Origin: Gracilinanus agilis | Taxonomy: Eukaryota | Reading direction: 5' to 3' | Assembly: GCF_016433145.1 (NCBI RefSeq) | Contig: NC_058130.1 | Span: 4,154,107-4,218,106 of the forward strand | Length of the DNA stretch: 64,000 nucleotides | Shown here: positions 47,353 through 59,990 of the stretch, in pieces | Layout of the letters: every line of letters starts with the position of its first letter | Position numbering within the stretch: the stretch's first letter is position 1 | Notes under the pieces: model-generated | Database searches by the model: none | What the model saw: only the letters and a program-made list of their open reading frames with translations | Told to the model about the DNA's origin: nothing | Made by a program: the position numbers and the translations under genes

Positions 47353-50300
47353 CAGGAGATGAAAAGCCAGGCCTAGAGACAGGAGGTTCTGAGTTCAAAT
47401 CTGGCCTAAGACACGTCCTAGCTGTGTGACCCTGGGCAAGTCTCTTAACTCCCACGGCCTAGCCCTTCCTGCTCATCTGCCTTGGATCCTATACACGCAC
47501 TGATTCTAAGATGGAAGGGAAGGGCTTACCCAAATAATACCAGTAATACCAATAAATCAAGGCGAAATCAGCCTCTCTCAAAAGCAGCAGAGTAAGAGAG
47601 GCTGCTCCCAGCTCATCCGAATCAGAGCCATCCCCCAGGAGGCGGCCGGTGCATACCCAGAGTGGCCTCCCAGCATCAGAATCAAGGAAATGCCTTTTCC
47701 ATATTCACCCCAATTCATCCTGTGAAGTCCTCGCCTTAGACTTGAGCGCCTGAGTGGCTCCTTGACTTTGCTCCCAGGGGCCCGGCTGGCACAGGGTGCG
47801 AGGGCGGCCTTGCTGCCTGCCCCCCCCCCCAGGCCCAGCTCTTCCCCCGAGGGTCCGGCTGACCTGCTGGAAGCCCTCCTCCCGGTGTTACAGCGTTTTA
47901 CAGGCCCCTGCGCGGTCCGCAGGCCCTCCATGAACGGGAGGAGAGAAGTCCGTCCGCAGCCTGGCTCCCATCCCTTTCAGGCGGACGGCCCTCTTCGGTG
48001 GGGCCAGTCCCCAGGGGGGTCCCACTGCCCTCGGGCCACTCTCACCGGTGCTCGTCAGGTCTTGCTCCTCCTCTAAGCTCGCTTGCTGGCCCCTCCTTTT
48101 ACGTGGCTGTCGGGGAGGCCGAGAGGAGGCGGCCGGCCTGCTGGCCGCCCCTTCTGGTCCTGGGCCGGCCCTTTGATGACTTCACGGTGATGGCTGCGGG
48201 TCGGCCAGCCGAGGAACAAGTCGACACGGCTCGGCCTTAGGTAGGCCAACCCCCACGACCACACTCTCATTCCCGGCGGCTCCCTCCAAGGTCGGGAAGG
48301 ATCTGATGTGGGTGGCACAATCGCAGCCAAGACAGGCCGCGGCGGCCTGGGCCCCCGAAGTGGCCTGAACTCACGGCTGACCTTTGCTGATGAAGGGGAG
48401 ACCCCTTCCCCACCCCCTGCGGCTGGTATAGAAGGGCTTCTTGGGGTCATTTGGCTTTCCTCATCCTCTACAATAGGGCGGCTGGGATAGAGAGCCAGGT
48501 CTGAGGACAGGCGGTCCTGGGTTCAAATTGGGCCTCAGACACATCCTAGCTGTGTGACCCTGGGCAAGTCACTTAACCCCAGAGGCTGGGCCCTTACAGC
48601 TCTTGTGGCCCCTAGGCCTGGAATGCTTTGACCTTAATTCTATCCCCATCCCCTGCCCCCCTCTTGATCTGAGTCTCCTCTTTGGTTCCTCCAAAGCTCG
48701 GCTGAAAACTGCCTCTTCTCGGAAGCCTTCCCAGGCCCCGACTTCCTGTCCTCGTCCTGCAGCCATTGGGGCTCCGTCGTAGCCACGGCATCTTCCTTCC
48801 GTCGGTCCACGTTCCAAGCTCTTCCATGGTCCTTTGGAAAGGGCTTTGTTCTCACTTCCCCAGACTCGCCGTCATAACCCAAACCCAACAAGGGCTCAGC
48901 GAGCGCCTGCTTCTACTGGACGCCCGGCTCGCCCGAGTCCTGGACGCGCATGCGGCTCCCTCGCAAAAGGAGTTTCCTAATAAACGATGGAGGCTGCCGG
49001 ACTCGCCTTTGGCTGACTTGTCTCCGACGTCTCGTGGCCGCGGACTTGGCTTTGACACTGCCCCGGTCAGAGGCCTCGTCTCCCCTGCGGCCCCTCCCTA
49101 CAGCTGGAGCCGGACGCCGAATGGCTCTGCTCCCCCCTTTTACCCCTGGGAGAAAGAAAGCCCGTCACTGCCTCTCCCGCCCTGGGGAGCTCTTCTGCGA
49201 CGAGACACGGCGGGAACGTGGCGCTCTGTTTTTAGCCCTGCTGGACGCGGTTTTCCAAACCGCCGGCGTTGGGGGAATCGGCTCTTGGCTCTTATTGTCC
49301 AAATAACCAATTAACCTTCCTTTGGCTTTGCTGGCTTCCTTTGGGGACGGACGAGCCACACAAATCTTTCTGTTTCAGGAAATAAGGATTCCCAGCCAGC
49401 AGGACAGAGAAAGAACGAGGCGCAAAGCCATCCCCGGCCCTCGGAGCACCCCCACCTGCTCTCTCCTCTTCCCTCGGGATCCTTGCAGGGAGTCGGGGCT
49501 CTCGGAGGGAAGCTCCGGTGAAGAGGATGCCGACGGGCAGCACCTAACTGGGTCACGGCATGAAATCTTGGAAAGAAAATGGGCTGCTTCAGAAAGAAGC
49601 CTGGCCATCGCGGAGTTCCTCCGGCTGCTCTCTGACCATCTGAGGCAAACCTTTCCTTCTCGGAGCCACTGCCCGGTTAGCTGCTCTCACCTTTAAATTC
49701 CGGTCGCCTAGCAAGGCCACCAGGCCCGAACCTATCTGGGTAGGAAGCTGGCAGCAAGCTGCAGAGGCTGGGGACGTTTGGCTGGCTGTGACACTCAGGA
49801 CCAGTCGTGGGGCGGGCACGGAGCCTCAGCCACAGCCGGCTCCGGGCCGAGAGCTTCCTAGCCAAACCTGCCCTCGAGAGGGGCCCTGGCAGGCCCGGCC
49901 CATGGAGCAAAAAAGCTCTTTAGGAAGCAGAAAGCGGGGCTCTTGGGGAGAGGCGGACCTTCAGTCGGAGGACCTGAGCAGCTGGGGCGCTGGCTCACTG
50001 GCCATCTTCCAGGCCAACACAGCGGCCTTCTCTAGGCCTCAGGCTCTTCCTCTAGATCATGAAGAAACAGAACCGGGGGAACTTCCTGAGCTTGGGCCAG
50101 TCCCTCCAGTGTCGGGGGAGCCGCTTCTCCAATCACTGCCATCCTGGGGACGTTCTCTATTTGCGGGTGACTTCCCGATGGCATCAGAAGAGGAACCGTC
50201 TCCTAACAGCATCCGACAACTCGTCGTCCAGAATGGCAGCATCTTGGACTTAGAGTCTCCCTCAGGGTCCCTGGGAGAAGCTTTGCCCCCCTGGCCAGGG

Positions 50301-53300
50301 AGCTCTTTGTCAAAGTCAGCAGAGAAAATGTAGCCTCTACAGACCCAAATGGTGGACATCACGAAGGCCAATCAATGGGTCCATAACGAGTGACCAGCAT
50401 TCGAAAGCATCCTGTTTCCTGCTGGCTGAGTGTCGACAGCCTCTTTACCTTCCCCTGCCCCAGCAACCAGCAACCAGAACTGGGGAGGGGAGTGCCAGCC
50501 CCCTACGCCTCAGACGTTGAGAGATCAAAGTAATATCAGCATTGGGGAAGCTCATTCCCCTCTCTGGGCCTCAGTTTCCTTCTCTATAAAAGTAGAAGGC
50601 TGGACTTGAGGGCTGCTCATGTCACCTCCATCGCTAAGTCCACGAGCTTCACAAAGACATCATGGAGCACTGGAGGGGTCAGCCAGCTGCGCTGGAACAG
50701 CATCTGCCACTCCCATTTTCTAGGGCCACGTCGAGGGTGGAGGCCCGCATCTGGCTCGGCTCAGCTCTCTTGGGCACATGGATGTCTTCCTTCCCTGTTC
50801 TCCCGCCGGGGACCCCAGGGACATCAGAGCCTTCCATGTGCTAGCTTAGCACCCTCCTGCGTAGAGAGGAAGAAAGACTCGAACACAGAATGGCTTGGCC
50901 AAGGGGAGGAGGGCGGGCAGAGCCCCACTGGCTGGCAGCCTCCTCCCTTCCTATGGGAAGCCTGTAGGTTTGCTGTGGTGACCCAGAGCAGGAGGAACGG
51001 GGGCACTGTGAAGGCTGGGCACTGGTTCCGTCAGTCCCTGCCCACTCGCTCGATGCCTGGGCGGCCGCAGAACCAGGGAAAACGCGGCCTGGCGCTAGTT
51101 GGGGATGTTGACCGTCCGCAGGTCACCCAATCACAGCCGGAGTCTCCACAGCCTTGCTAAGGTTCTGAAAAGCCAGCCGGATCGCATCCTCTCTTCAGAG
51201 GGAAGCTCAGGGAGTCCCGATGCGCTGCGGCCCCTCCAGTCCAGGGCCTTCTCGATAATGGGAAATGCAAACTGCACTGGGCACCCGGCAGGACTGAATG
51301 TGTGGCCTCTCCTGGCTTTGCTTCTTGGTCCTGAAACTGCCTGAGGGCAGGGGCTAAGCCACGGGGCCTGGAGCACGTCTGGGGCCTTGCGGGGCTTCCA
51401 CTCCACGGTGGAGCAAGTACAGAATCACCGAGGAAATGTCCAGGAGGTGTGTGTGTGTGGGGGGCGGCTAACGCAGTGCGGCAGGGTCTGGGGTTCCCTC
51501 TCCCCAGCCAGGCAATGCAGCATCACTGGGGATGGGGCTGGGGGGAAGGCCGGGCCGGCCGCTCATCACACCTCCCAGCGCCCTTCTTTCTCCTTTTCCA
51601 GAGGGATGTGGAGGAACAGAAAGTGAGGCCTGCTGGCACTCAGGAAATGGCGGGACTTCGGACGGCTGCCAGGGCGCCCGCGGGACACTCCCTCCATCAC
51701 CGGGTCACCTTTGGGTGCCCGGCTTGGTCAGGCTGCAGCTGACCATCGAGGGGCAGTTTGGCTTTACACCAAGGGAGTCAGAGCCCTTTCCATGCCCCCC
51801 GATCTATGGAGAGCAGGTCCGGGCACTGCGGAATGCGGCCGCCCTATAAGTAGGTCAGCTGAGGATAAACGGGGGGATTTGGAGAATCCTCGGGGGCCGC
51901 GACGGCATTCCAGCTGTTTCTGTGTGAGCAGGATTTTAATTTTCATTCTTTCTAAGGATGGAGATTATGTGGACGTGTGCAGGGCCGAGGGGGAGGGTCC
52001 GCCGAGGCTGGCTCTAGCCTGATCGCCACCCCTGAGCCTCGAGACCCCTTTCTGGTCTCCGGCGGCAGAAGCGCCCAAGAAGAGGGAGCGGCCCCTCCCG
52101 CTCTGCCATCCCCACGCAGGTTACCGAAAGCGCATGAGTCACTTCCATTTGGGGGCAGAGTGGGCAGGGAAGGGAAGGCAGGGGATTTGGCCGCCAACAG
52201 ACTCCCCATGCCAGCTGGTCTGGCACCCACTGCTTAACACCCAGAGATATTTAGAGAGAGGTAGCCTTCCTGCAAAGGAGGAGTAAAAGCACGGCGACTT
52301 CTCCAGACTTCCTGCCAAATGCGGCCGCTGACTGACGAATGTCCAAGAAAAGCCGGCGGGGATGCTCTCGGGGTCCGTCTGCGTTCCCCCGGGGGGGGGG
52401 GGCAGGGGCACCTTCTGCTGGGCAGCAGCTTCCTTCCAAGAACAAAGGGAAGCATCATGGGCTCCCCGAGGGCCCGCCAGCCTCATGGTTGAGTCTTGCC
52501 CTCCCTCGCTCTGGCCTTTTTCAGTGGGGTCCAGAGGAAAGGATCTGGAGGCAAGCTTTAATGGGCCGCTATCAGGACACGATGGTTTGTTGTCTCCCCA
52601 TTAGCCTGGCAGCTCCTTGAGGGCAGGGCCCGGCCTCGGCCCTCTCTGTGTCCCCGATGCGTGGCGCAGAGAAGGTGCTTCAAAAATGTTGATTGATGTT
52701 CTTTGGATTGTCGCATCCCTTTGTAGCCAAACGCGGTGATCACCACGAGGGCGAGCGATGAGTCTCAGGGAGGTGACCAGGGAGCTGACGGGCTGAGTGA
52801 CGTGGCCAGACAGCAGGGGCGGGAGGCGGAGGTGGACGAGGGCCTCCTGGCTTGGCGGCCAGCTCTGGAGGGCCACGTCGCCATCGAGGCTGTCCTTATC
52901 CTTCCTCCGTTCCTAAATCGGAGCCCTCGCTGCGTCGAAGCCACTCTGGGAGATGGCGAGATGGCCGGCGCCTGCCCGACCCTCGTGGAGCTTATGATCC
53001 AGCAGGGAAATGGGGCGAGTGAACAGGGGCAAACGCCACCAGGGACCCAGGACGTCTGGCCACTCAACCTGCTTTACGACGAGTCAAGGAATCGGTCATC
53101 CCGGCCTCAAGCGCCTCCTGCAGGAGGGGGACCCACAGAGCTCCAGAGACAAGAGGGGAAGTGGCTGCCCCCGGGGAGTTTCTGTTCCACAGAGGGAGAA
53201 GAACAGATGCATTCTGGGCTGTTGAGAGGAAGGGCAGGGATGCAGCGACTGGACTTGGGTGGGACCCAAAGAAGCCCAGGAAGGAGCTGCCTGCGAACAG

Positions 53301-54038
53301 TTTCCAGTTTTCCCTTCACAACCAAAATAAGCAGACATCGTCCAGCGGAGCCAATCCAGAACCCACAAGGGCGGAAGACATGAAGAATTGTAAAGAAAAA
53401 GGAGGCCCCTTGGGTGGGCCCAAAGCCTGGCTCTGGGCGCTCTCACCACCAGGGATGCTTAACATTCCACGGGCAGCCCGGAGCTGACACAGTGGCAGGC
53501 TGTAATTACCCCTAAAGGCCATTTGATTTGATAACATATTCCTACCCAGGATCATTTACATAATGCTTTACAATTATGCATTAATATGCAAATCTGAATC
53601 AAGAGATAAGGAGACAAATTCTGGGCAAGGGCATCCACCTGCATGCATATGCAGTGAAGTCCTTCAGCCTGAAGGGCAGCCAGGAGGGTACGGATCAGCC
53701 ATAACTAGGGGGCGGCAGTCAAGGCTTTGGCCCAGGGTGCTAGAATTTAAAGGGCAAAGACTCCAGGCTTAGAAACAACTCCATTTGGGGTCTAGTTAGA
53801 GGAGAAGGCTTTCTCTGGGAGCTCGGGCTCCTCTCAGTCTTCCTGGTCTTTCTCTCTCCTCCTCCCTTCCCATCTCCCCCTCCGGGGTGGGGCCAGGGCC
53901 TCTCTCTGAAGTCCCCCTAATCCTCAGTGAATCTTCTTTGTCCCTGACACAGAAGAGCAGGGATGGCTCTGGTACCTGATACACAATAAGGGACCAGGCT
54001 CTCATCTTTGTTATCCCTGGTCTGAGCTTCATCTAAGG

Positions 54039-54227
54039 CAGCGATTCCCAAAGTGGGCGCCAACGCCCCCTGGTGGGTGCTGCAGCGATCCAGGGGGCGG
54101 CGATGGCCGCAGGGGCATTGATTGTTCCTATTCATTGCTATTAAAATAAAAAAATGAATTTCCAGGGGGCTGAGGAATGTTTTTTCTGGAAAGGGGGCAG
54201 CAGGCCAAAACAGTTTGGGAGCCACCG
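54039..54227 (-). mobile_element. Non-autonomous hAT MITE, same family as 10126-10320, opposite orientation
   Basis: cagcgattcccaaagt ... agtttgggagccaccg; 8-bp TSD atctaagg/ctccaagg (6/8); colinear with the reverse complement of the first copy. Confidence 0.85.
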
Positions 54228-56680
54228 CTCCAAGGTCTCTTCTGGGTCCATGTGGACCCTCCGGAAGGGCAGCAAGTCCCCTCAGCCTAGCTGTCCCCCC
54301 ACCCAGGAAACAACGCAACCGATTCCTACATTTAGAAGACTTGCGCCTGCCAGCGGGTGAGCATCATGGCGGCCTGAGCCAACGGAGCGGGTCGCCTTGG
54401 AGCCGTGAGGCTGTCCTCGCCTCTGACAGTCTTCGTGGAAAAGGAGAAGGAAGCGAAATGAGGAAAGGAAGAAATGCCTTTTTCACTCGAGCATTCTGGT
54501 TCCGCTAGTAAAGGCAGAAAAGCCAGGAAACTTAGCTGTCGTTCCCATAGCAACGGGAGCTCTGGGCCTCCTGGCCCACGGAAATTAAGCTATAAAAATG
54601 AACGTGGCTTGTAGCCCCAGGAAACGCTTCTCTTCATCAAGGAGGCCCTCGGCAAAGGCAGATTTCAGCAGGAGCTGTTTGAGTCCCTCTTGGAGACGAG
54701 AGTCCAAAGAAAGCACGGGCGGCCCAGCACGCCTCGTGGGGACACGGGCACTGCCCAGCCCGCTGGCATCCTAGCTCAGAGGCCCGGGGAGGGAGGGAGG
54801 GAGGGAGGAGAAGCTCAACTCTCCAAGAGGCCGGCCTCAGCTCCAGCCCCCGAGAGGGGGTCAGCTTCTCCTGCTCCTCCAGCTGTCTACGGCGTCCCTC
54901 AGGGCTCAGCCAGAGGCTGGCAGGGGGCGGGCAGAGGGGCAGCCATGGGCTGCTCACCGCCAGGCTAACCAAGATGCTTCCCCCTTGGAGCTGGCACCCA
55001 CTCAGCCTCTGGGATCAGCCTGACCGTGAAGAAGACCTTGGGAGACCCCCGTGAGGAGGCTGCCTGGGCCGGGCTAAGCCTTTAGAGCTCTCCCCCCAAC
55101 GCCAGGCCTCAAACACAAAACACGACAGAAAGGAAGCCCTCGAAGGGAAGCCACCGTTTCACAGGGAAGAGCCAAATCCCAGCCCGGCTGCCCTCCTGTG
55201 GGCATCCCCCAAAGCCCGGAAGGAGATCTCTGAGCTCACTCCAGCCTCTCAGGAGCGCCGAGCACCGACTAACGGAGAATCTGGACACAGAAGAGACTCG
55301 CTCCGGGTCTGAATCAAATGAGCAATTCACGGACACTTGCCCGTGCCAGGCAGCGGGGATGCCAAGATGAAACATGGCCTGGACCCTGCCCGCATGGAGC
55401 TCTCCGTCCGCTGGCGGAGGCCATTTCTACAGAGCTCTCCGTTCATGATCTCGTGTTCTACCGACATCCCCATGAGGAGGGCCCAAGGAGGAGGCAGGGA
55501 GTGATCTGTGGGCCAGGAAGGCAGCGGCGGCGGCTGGTCCCCGGGATGAGGGCACCAGGCTCTCTCCTGCCCCGAAGGCGCCAGGCCTCTGCCAGCCGAC
55601 AAGCTCGCCTTTGGAGGGGCCCTTCACTGCTTTCACGTTAAAGAGTCGTTGACGGTGCCCGGATGGAGGGGCAGAGAGTGGCTCTGGGCCGTCCGGCTCC
55701 CTGGGAATGTCTCCCCCTTGTGTGTGTCCGCGGAGGGACTCTCCCACCCTGCAGCCCCAGAGACACCAAAGAGGGGCTCGGCCACAAGGAACGGACCTTT
55801 GGCACCAAGTCTGTCGGCCAGGCACGGGCTCCAGGGATTGGTCTCGCCCTGCTTGCCCAGATGGCGCCCTGTCGCTGCAGGGTATCTGCAGAGGCCCATT
55901 GAGGTCTGCTGTCAGAAGGGCCACTTGTCAAGGGAGATGACGGCTGTGGCACGAAGAGTAACAGCCAAAAGGGCATTAGAGAGCAGCGGAGGGCTTACGA
56001 GGCCCCCTACAGACACTGTTTTGTGCCCACAACCGCCCTGGAAGGCAGAGGCCATCCTCATCCCTATTTTACAGACGAGGAGGTGGAGGCCGGGAGAGCT
56101 TCCATCTCTTGTACGTGACTAGCACGGATCTGGACTCTGCCCTTCTTGCCTCCAGGTCCAGCTGGCTCGGCGGCTCGGGGATGGGTGCCTGGGGCTCTCC
56201 GGGGCCCCTCCTGCCCTAGGGATGTGCCCGTGGTCACAGAGGCTCGCTTTCGTGGCTTTCTCTGCCTGTGAGGGCCCAGCGGCCAGACCCACGGGAGACC
56301 CGGCCCTCGCGTGTTTCTGAGCTCATCCACTGGACTCGTGGTTAGGCGAAGCCTTCCTCCGCCACCGATGTCAGGCTGGCCTGGAGCAAGGCACCCGGCT
56401 GCCCAGAGGCCGCGCTGCTCCCAGGGGGAAGAGGTGCCCCTCCCCAAGCCCCCCATCCGGGCTCGGGAAGAGAGGAGCGGCCCCCTCCCCCGGCAGGGCT
56501 CCCCAGCTGGCAGGGACCGGCCGCCGGGCCGAGCGGAAGCCACGCGCTGCTCCAGGTTCAGCCACTCTTCACGCCGCTAATCATTCCGTCAATGGAACAG
56601 AAAATGGAGAATCAACAGGAAGAGCGTCTGCAAGGAGGCCCGAGTCGGGCAGAGAACGAGTAACCTGGGAGAGGGGCTTG

Positions 56681-56880
56681 GGCTTCCTCCGGCTTCCTCC
56701 GGCCTCCTCTGGCCTCCTCCGGCCTCCTCCAGCCTCCTCCGGCTTCCTCCAGCCTCCTCCGGCCTCCTCCGGCCTCCTCCGGCTTCCTCCAGCTTCCTCC
56801 AGCCTCCTCCAGCCTCCTCCGGCCTCCTCCAGCTTCCTCCAGCCTCCTCCAGCTTCCTCCAGCCTCCTCCGGCCTCCTCT
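56681..56880 (+). repeat. Minisatellite, 20 exact-length units of 10 bp (RGCYTCCTCY)
   Basis: Units read directly: ggcttcctcc, ggcctcctcc, agcctcctcc, agcttcctcc, ggcctcctct. Confidence 0.97.
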
Positions 56881-59619
56881 GGCTCTCCCATTACCTCTAG
56901 GAAGCCGCACCATTAGCAGCCCTGAAATGGCACCGGTTAGGCTGGCTCTCAGCTGCTGGTAACCCGACGGAGGGGAGGAAACTTCCTCGAAATTGTGGGC
57001 AGCTGCTTGGCTTTCAGAGACGTGTGGCATGACTTTCCCCTGAATGGGGCTGATTCAGCGCGTGACTTCCAGGACACGCGGCTCAGGGTTCGACGGACCG
57101 CCTGAGGCTGCTGCGGGGCCACAAAACCTGTGAGCTGGGCCGCCCGCAGGGATCGCAGAGGCGGCTCGAGAAGGGCCTCCGAAGGCCCATCTAATGCAGC
57201 CTCTTCCTTTTACAGGCCAGGAAACTGAGGCTGGTCCAAGGTCACGGCAATCTCACTCTGAGCCAGAGGCTGGGAAGGGTTTCCTGAGGGGCCTCCCAGC
57301 CCCTGACTAGAGCTCGAACCCCAGCCTTGCACCCACTGAGGCTAGGAAAGGAGGCCTCCTGGGGTGATGGGAGAGGACCAGCCTTGGGCTCCAAAAGACA
57401 CGGGTTCAAATCCAGCCTCGTCTGTAGCCAGACGGTGAGATGCGGAGCACAGCCGACGTCGCGGCAGTCCCGGCAGCTCTCCAGAACCCCACGTGACGGC
57501 CGTCCTCCATCGCTCGCCGCACCACAGAATCACAGAGAAGGCCCCAGCCCGAGCGGTGCAAGAAGTCCAGGGCCGGACATGCAGGCGGGGAGGATGCCGA
57601 GGGACGAGCGGGGTGGAAGGCCAGTGTCCGGAGCCCCAGGCCTGGAGGCGGACGGACTCCTCTTGGTGAGCTCAGATCGGACCTCGGACACTTACTGGCG
57701 CCATCACCCAGGAAGAGCCACTCAACCGTGCGTGCCTCAGTCTCCTCATCTGTAAAACGACCCAGAGAAGATGGCAAACCGCTCGAGTGGCTGCCAAGAA
57801 GACCCAAACGTGTCCCAAAGAGCCGGGCAGGTCCGAACAACGCGCAAAGACTCGACAAGCTCCCAGAACTCGGCCGAGGGGCCGGTTTCCATCCCTGGTC
57901 AAACTGCGCTTCGGGCCGACAGTCTACCGAAAGGCCTGGGGGACGGGACCCCCGCAGGAGCCCACGTCTCGGGGAGGAGCCCCCCGTGGCCGCGCCCGTC
58001 CCTGCACCCCGGCTCTCGGAGGGCCCGGGAACAGCAGTCACCAGATGATCCCAAAGTCAGGGGCCCCATCCCCAAAGCGTCTCAAGCAGGACCCCCAGAT
58101 CCCTCCCTAGCCATGCTATGAAAGGAGGATTCAAGAAACTGAGGCAGCGCTCGCTCCCAAGCATGGTGCAAGGGCCGTGCCACGGTGACCAGCATCTGTG
58201 CCCCCGACAGGCCCAGCACGGGGCTCCGCCTCCCCAGGAAAGCCTGCATCCTGGTGGGGCGCTTTACACACGCAGTCTGACGGAAACCTCACTACCACCT
58301 AAAGCACACGGCTGGCCTTTGAGTCAAGAACCCCCCGATTCTGAGCCCTGGGGGGGCGGGGTTTGAGCCAAAGCAACGAGGCCTCATCAGTGGGTGCTCC
58401 ACAGCCTCCTCTGAGGCCCTCCGGTGCACTCGGGGCCCCAGCCCAGGGCCTTGAGGTTGCCCCGCTGACCCCCAGCTCAGGACCGGCCCCTCGCTCAAAG
58501 GCTCTCCTTGCCCCCAAGCCCGCCTCCCTGCCAACATTCCTGCAGCTGACGCTGGGAGTGAGCGTGCGGGCGGCCCTGGGAAGGTCCATGCCACGGCCTG
58601 CCCTGCCAAGGAGCACGCCGTGCCCGCCACCCGGGCGCCCAAGAAAGGACGGGATGGGGAGGAGCCGCCTCGCCCAGTCACGGGAGAAAACCGCCCACTC
58701 TGCCAGGGTGGGGCACAGAGAGCCCAAGGATGCCCGGCTTGGCCCCGGCAGCCTCCCCCACCACCTTGGCCCACGCTTGGGCAGCCCCTGCTCAAAGGCC
58801 AGCCACGAGAGCCACGTCCTGCGGCAGCCCATCCCCCGCCCCAGACAGCTCTGATCTTGGGCGCCGGTCCCATGACACCAAGACAGAACAGGCCTGGAGT
58901 CGCTCCCCCTTTTAGCCCCCCAGGGCCAAGGCAGACAAGGGGACCTCCTCCAGGAAACAGGAGGGCTCCGAGTTCTAGGGTGCCGTTCTAGGCCTTGTCT
59001 GCAGAGAGGGGGGCTGTCAGGCCACCAGACCCTTCGGGGATGAACCCTGGGGTGGGGAGGCCCCGACGTCATGGCTGGCATTTGTCATGGCGCCTTGTGG
59101 GCTGCACACGCTGCCCAAGACTGTGCCGTGGAAGAGCGAAGCTGTGCAAGAATCGAATCGATCAATAAATGGGCATGAAGCCCCCCTGGTAGATGCCAGG
59201 CCTGCACGAAGCTCCCAGGGCACAGCAGCCTGGCACCATCCCAGGGACAAGAGGCCAGTCGCTGCCTTCACTCATTCTATGAATGATACAGAAATAGGCA
59301 ATTAGGAGTCTCAAAATAGCTTCTCAGGAAGAAAAAATAAAAGCCATGATTCACACATTGGTTGGTGCCCGCCCAGGGCACAGCTGCAATTTGTTTGTGT
59401 CCAAGAGTAAAGGATGGAAGCTGAGCTGTGCCTGCCAGGAGAGGCTGCGTGCCCACGGGCAGGGCACAGGGGCACAGGCTGCCACGGAAAGGAGGGCGTG
59501 AGCCCCGCTAGGCCATGCAAGGCACGCTGAGACCGACCCTTAGAGGTCAGCGTGTGGTTTACAAGGTGGGAAACTGAGGCCACACCATTCAGACAACGTG
59601 TTCCTCCGGGGGACGGACT

Positions 59620-59990
59620 CACTGTGGCACAATGGAACATAACGGACTTGTCTACCAGCAGCAACGCACTGACCCAGGACCACATCCTGAGAAAGAACCG
59701 TGGGAGCGGAAACGCAGAAGGAAATCACGGGATCAACCACGTGGTTCAGTCACGTGGTTCGGCGGGGCTAGGACGGGGCCTGGCACCGAAAGATCACCGA
59801 GTGCAAATATGAATACATGGAAACAGGTCTTGGTCAACGACGCGTGTAAAACCCAGCGGAATCGCTCGTCGGCTCCGGGGGGGGAGAGAGGAGGGCTGGG
59901 AAAGAACACGAATCATGGGACCAAGGAAAAATATTCTAAAGTAATTAAGTAAATAAACTTAATTAAAAAAAAGAAATGCAAAAAAAAGTT
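59620..59990 (+). mobile_element. L1 3' UTR fragment with A-rich tail, internally deleted, GC-shifted
   Basis: Aligns to the L1 3' UTRs at 25540-25900 and 27245-27610; ends aaataaacttaattaaaaaaaag. Confidence 0.9.

Noticed and set aside
56681-56880. Regular repeat array considered as CRISPR-like or as a coding repeat (EEAGG... ORFs)
   Set aside because: Contiguous 10-bp units with no spacers in a eukaryotic intron; the period is not a multiple of 3.
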